64,000 nt of DNA from Squalus acanthias (taxonomy: Eukaryota), in NCBI GenBank assembly GCA_030390025.1, contig CM059438.1, positions 65,660,001 through 65,724,000 of the forward strand, written 5' to 3'. Below are positions 61,183 to 64,000 of this stretch, in pieces. The position numbers and the translations under genes are program-made. Under the pieces are notes generated by a model. The model worked only from the letters and a program-made list of their open reading frames with translations, did no database searches and was not told the origin of the DNA. How positions within the stretch are numbered: the first letter of the stretch is position 1; the number at the start of each line of letters is the position of its first letter.

Positions 61183-61812
61183 CTAAGTTCTGAGTGGTGG
61201 ATGTATTTGTATGAATGTTGTGAGGTGTTGGCTTGATGGGAACTATTGGGTCTGTGGCTTGTTCTTCAGAAACAAAGAACATATGTTAGAACGAGGGCTG
61301 ACAAGCATCTACTGAAACAGTTGACACTGCTAATAGTCAGGGGTCATTCTGGTGGGTCAGGACAACTGAACAGTCTTTTTTTTCCATGACCAATCACTGT
61401 TACTTGTCCCGCACCCTCACCTTAAACATCATATACAAGAAGCACAGGGATTTCTTTATCACTAAGATGCTTTATCATCAAGATTGAGACCTTCCATACA
61501 TCTATCTCTGCTGTGAGTTTCTCTTCATATTTCTTCCAAACCTGCTACCTACTCTTTCTGAAGATTCTCTCCCAACTCCTTCCCACCCCCTCTCCAATCT
61601 CATCTCATTCATGAGTCAATTATTGCCTGTTCATTCTGGTTGAGAAGGGCATCCTCCATTTTGGGACTGTTCCTCTTTGTCTTGCAAGTGGAGTAAAAGT
61701 GCTGAGAGATTGGAAGTCTGAAGAGCATGTAGAGAAAGGAGACCTAAGTGGCCGTCTTGCATCCCAGTTTCTGTGTGAGTAAATGAAGATACAACATGCA
61801 GTTTCGCACGCT

Positions 61813-62275
61813 GCCATGACTCAGTGGTAGCACCCTTGTCTTTGAGCCAGAAGGTTGTTGGTTCAAGTCCCACTCCAGAAACTTGAGCACAAAATCTAGG
61901 CTGGCATCCCAGTGCAATACTGAGGGAGTGCTGCACTGTCGGAGGTGCCGTCTTTCAGATGAGACGTTAAACCGAGGCCCTGTCTGACCTCTCAGGTGGA
62001 CGTAAAAGATCCCATGGCATTATTTCGAAGATGAGCAATGGAGTTTTCTTGCTACCTTGGCCAACATTTATACCTCAACCAACATCACTAAAATAAAAAC
62101 AGATTATCTGATCATGTATCTTATTGCTATTTGTGGGACCTTGCTGAACATACATTTACTGCTGCTTTTCCTACAATACAACAGTGACTACACTTCAAAA
62201 AGTACTTAATTGGCCGTAAAGAGTTTTGGGACGTCCTGAGGTCATGAAAGGCCCTATATAAATGTAAATTCTTTC
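61813..62275 (+). mobile_element. tRNA-derived DeuSINE (SacSINE1-like), full length
   Basis: A box tgactcagtgg (61817-61827), B box ggttcaagtcc (61860-61870), central gatgagacgttaaaccgagg domain, L2-like tail. Confidence 0.85.
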
Positions 62276-64000
62276 CTGTGTGTGTGTATAAAGTGTTATT
62301 GGTGACATGTCTGCTGTTTTTCGGTGTTAATACCCCCGGAATTTTATTTAGAATAAAAGTCCGTGGAAGTGCCATCAAAGTTTAGGCGTTTACTGTGGTG
62401 CCGCAGACCTTCTCCTACACATACCTTATGCAGTTGGTGACTTTTCTTGATATAACTCAGCTGACCTATCTTGCTTGGGCAGCATTGTGGACCCACTCTA
62501 TCTTTGGTGGACCTGCCCTCAGAACCAGGTCCTCTGTGGATCCAAGAGACCTGCAGGTGACTGGTGGCAGACGTTCAGTATAAAAACGGGTGAGTAGCAC
62601 AAGGGCTGTTGCTTCTTGGCATCATCTCCCGAGACCTGGACTACACCAAGCCACAATGTAAAATGTGTGTTCTCGACTCAACCTTGATGCGATTGAGCTG
62701 AATGCCAAGTGTTAAGCTGTGAAAACACCTCCCGCAATTGGGCAGATTAAATGCACGTATATAAAGGATTAAAAAAACGATGTATTACACTGTGAATCTT
62801 GCTGCACAGTTGAGTCATCGCCTGCAATGAGGAAATATGCACCGTAGCAGATAAAACATCTTCATCAATGAAGCACAGCTGCCACCACCCCCTCAGTTGC
62901 TGAGGCCGATTCCCCCTACACATCTATTTTGAGAGATTGTCATGATCTGTATCTCGACAGTGATGAAAGTCCTCATCACGAGGCAGTGACACTTTAGGTA
63001 TCGCATTCAGCTGGGATTATTCCAATTTGCCCGGGCATGTCATAAAGCTCAGCCACAGAGCTAGGCAAATGCAGGATAATTACATACAAATTGCAGAACT
63101 TCTGGCCAGCATTGTTATCTCAGCTCTCAAACGGAAATTTGCCTGCGGGGCTAGCTTCTGATGTCGCTGAATTCAAAAGGTCAAACAGAGAGAAAATGCA
63201 ATTTACAAAGCACTCATGGTTCTTTAAGAGGTGGAAAAATTGCAGGCACTATGAAGCACAGCAGTAAACAATTGAGCTGTGCAGAACATTTGGTTCTGCT
63301 TAATTGCATACCTGATAATTACTCAGTTATTTTCATATATTTGCATAGCCACCTTGCAATTTTCAGCAATTTGCCCCAGGCTCCGCACAGATTTTATTTT
63401 CATTATTTATTTGCTCAAGAGTCCCACAATATGCGTTTAGTTCAGCCTTAATGCGTTGAAAGATGTGTATCTGGTAACGAGGTACAAGCAAACAGCCTGC
63501 CCGTGGAACTGCTGCCAAAAGCAAGATCACAGCCATGCCCAAACTGAGAGAATCGCCTATCTCCCTCCTCCTGTTTGGTCGAGAAAATCTCAGCTCAACT
63601 TTTGCCTTTCCATTTTCTATTGAAAAGCTTATCCGAACCAAGTTGAATTTGCAGCACGGTAGACAGTGGCCAAGTTTGGAGAAGCCTGCACCTTAGGCCC
63701 TGATTTTCAGCCACCTCCATTAGTAATGTTGACACGAAAGGATATGTTTGTCTGTTTTCACAGGCTGTGACCTGACTATACAATGCACAAGCAACCCCCT
63801 TCTGAATCTGTTCGTTAAAAAAACATGACGACTAGTTTCTGCAGAAGTGGAGATTTACTTAGCATTGCATCTCTGTCAGTCAGAGTATTGCTGTGGCATG
63901 TTGTTACAGTTCTTTGTGGCTATTTGAGGTACAGATCTCCTTTCTTGCTATATTTATCAGTTCAAGAATGTTTAGCACAAAACATCATACTGAACTACAG

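Noticed and set aside
61813..61885. tRNA gene
   Set aside because: A and B boxes belong to a SINE head that continues into the SINE body. No intact cloverleaf or terminator.

Overview
Vertebrate, repeat-dense, mostly intronic or intergenic DNA. The repeat complement (many CR1 LINEs with (TATGTTTC/TATGTTCT)n tails, DeuSINE/SacSINE1-like SINEs, L2, a Penelope end, and PIF/Harbinger elements with many MITEs) points to a cartilaginous fish (shark); this is an inference. The standout element is a ~7.3 kb minus-strand endogenous retrovirus-like provirus (~30620-37962). It has a 5' LTR, a tRNA-Arg(UCG) PBS, and a coiled-coil Gag with a CCHC knuckle and a PSAP motif. An in-frame UGA-CUAG readthrough junction leads into protease, then a foamy/lokiretrovirus-like YVDD RT, a catalytically dead RNase H tether followed by an intact second RNase H, and integrase. 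No env or 3' LTR is visible. Also present: a decayed Harbinger transposon (transposase plus convergent second gene), five copies of a palindrome-rich MITE carrying promoter-like motifs and splice donors, a hammerhead-like motif in a Penelope end, a second unrelated solo-LTR-like element, a multi-level nested CR1 cluster, and a tentative chain of small minus-strand host exons that I cannot assign to a known gene. Most repeat boundaries are approximate.
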